A stretch of DNA of 62,013 nt, the filler included, from Ionaspis alba (lineage: Eukaryota): assembly GCA_964255285.1 (NCBI GenBank). It is 4 parts of 4 records of this genome, joined end to end, with 100 filler letters (N's around TTAATTAATTAA, not from the genome) between each part and the next. Parts side by side here need not be neighbours in the genome. Positions count along the whole stretch, not along the records: positions 46,625 to 62,013 come from CAXUUL010000379.1; 3 more parts are not named here. The stretch is one strand, 5' to 3'. The stretch's first letter is position 1. Each line of letters opens with the position of its first letter. Positions 61,141 to 62,013 of the stretch are shown in pieces. The notes under the pieces are model-generated. The model ran no database searches. It was not told the DNA's origin and was given only the letters and a program-made list of their open reading frames with translations. The position numbers and the translations under genes are program-made.

Positions 61141-62013
61141 AGATCTTGCCATAGGCAATCAGTAATCGAGAGACACGGAAAATACACACATAGCCCAAGT
61201 TGCATAGTCAAAACATTGCTGATCAGGATGCATACCACAAAGGCCACAGCCCCTTTCACGTGCGAAGAAGCTCACTGAAATGATAGATCAAGAAAGATAT
61301 AACCAAAAAAATTTCATGTTTGGATCACTCGAGTACAAAAAGTTGTGTCTAGAAAGAGCCACATAACGTAGTTTGCATAGGAACTTGAGTATGTAAACGA
61401 AAACCAGATGCTCAAGGCTGGTAGCAAGCAATGCTCCATATTTCTGTGAACATCGGGACATCGAGGTCACGATTCTCTATCCGGTCCGACTGCAAATCGA
61501 TGTATAGCGGCCCTGAGCACCAAAATAGTCACTCCTGTCCGTTGATGTTCCTGCAATCAGCTTTTGATGATTCTGCGCAGAAAATTCACTAGATTCATTG
61601 AGTTTCAATGTACAGCAATCGTGCCGGAGCAGTAGAAAAAAGCACTTCAATTTTGAGAACGGTTGAGACTATAGGATGAACAAGAGGGTCCACAGAAGAT
61701 ATCTTTGCGTGACGAGATCTTGCAATGCTATCATAGTGTGAGACAATGTCTGTGTGAGAAGGAGGACGTGGAAGACAAGAAGCAGATGATATATATATTG
61801 ACAGATTATTTATCTTATGTTTGCAAAGTATTGTTGGATGATTTTCAGGTACAGAAAATGGAGAACTGAGGGAGAACATCAGCAACATTGTAGTCCGCAA
61901 AATAAGCGCTAAATCATTCACATCGAAATATCATTCATTCATTTAGGCCGAGGCCTGTGAGCCATTACCTACACATCAAGCTTTCAACCCTCCCATCCTC
62001 TCCGCCAACACAT

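Noticed and set aside
1..62013. CRISPR arrays, rRNA, intact tRNA, riboswitch or intact transposon ORFs
   Set aside because: None seen by eye. Antisense and nested ORFs in the track are shadows of the real genes.

Overview
Eukaryotic, intron-rich DNA from a filamentous ascomycete (Pezizomycotina; lineage not determinable here). The window is not one locus. It is four scaffolds (1-15480, 15581-31012, 31113-46524, 46625-62013; 15480, 15432, 15412 and 15389 bp, in descending size) joined by artificial 100-bp N44-TTAATTAATTAA-N44 spacers, with further internal N gaps. Scaffold 1: MCR1 (3'-truncated), GH5 exo-1,3-beta-glucanase, RAD50 head-to-head with the WC-2/LreB PAS-GATA factor, an M35 deuterolysin, and an AT-rich RIP-like end. 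Scaffold 2: a truncated conserved hypothetical protein, an F-box-like orphan, a CobW/COG0523 GTPase, a small Gly-rich protein, a GST-kappa, GPI10, ornithine aminotransferase and a YOR1-like ABCC transporter. Scaffold 3: MRPL25, APE2, ATG1, SEC59 and DPH6 (truncated). Scaffold 4: an SMY2-like GYF protein, an R/G/D-rich orphan, an Egt2-like C-S lyase, the sirtuin HST3, a glycine-zipper/His-rich protein and a probable pseudogene. Most of the content is housekeeping, and I found no multi-gene novel system. The most unusual signals are a RAD50 start codon apparently assembled across two introns via a 2-nt microexon, a 230-bp RAD50/WC-2 bidirectional promoter with palindromic CGCG cores, a recurrent C-rich-then-G-rich skew switch near gene 3' ends, and motif substitutions in HST3 and the CobW GTPase. 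All gene calls come from recognising motifs by eye; no database search was run.
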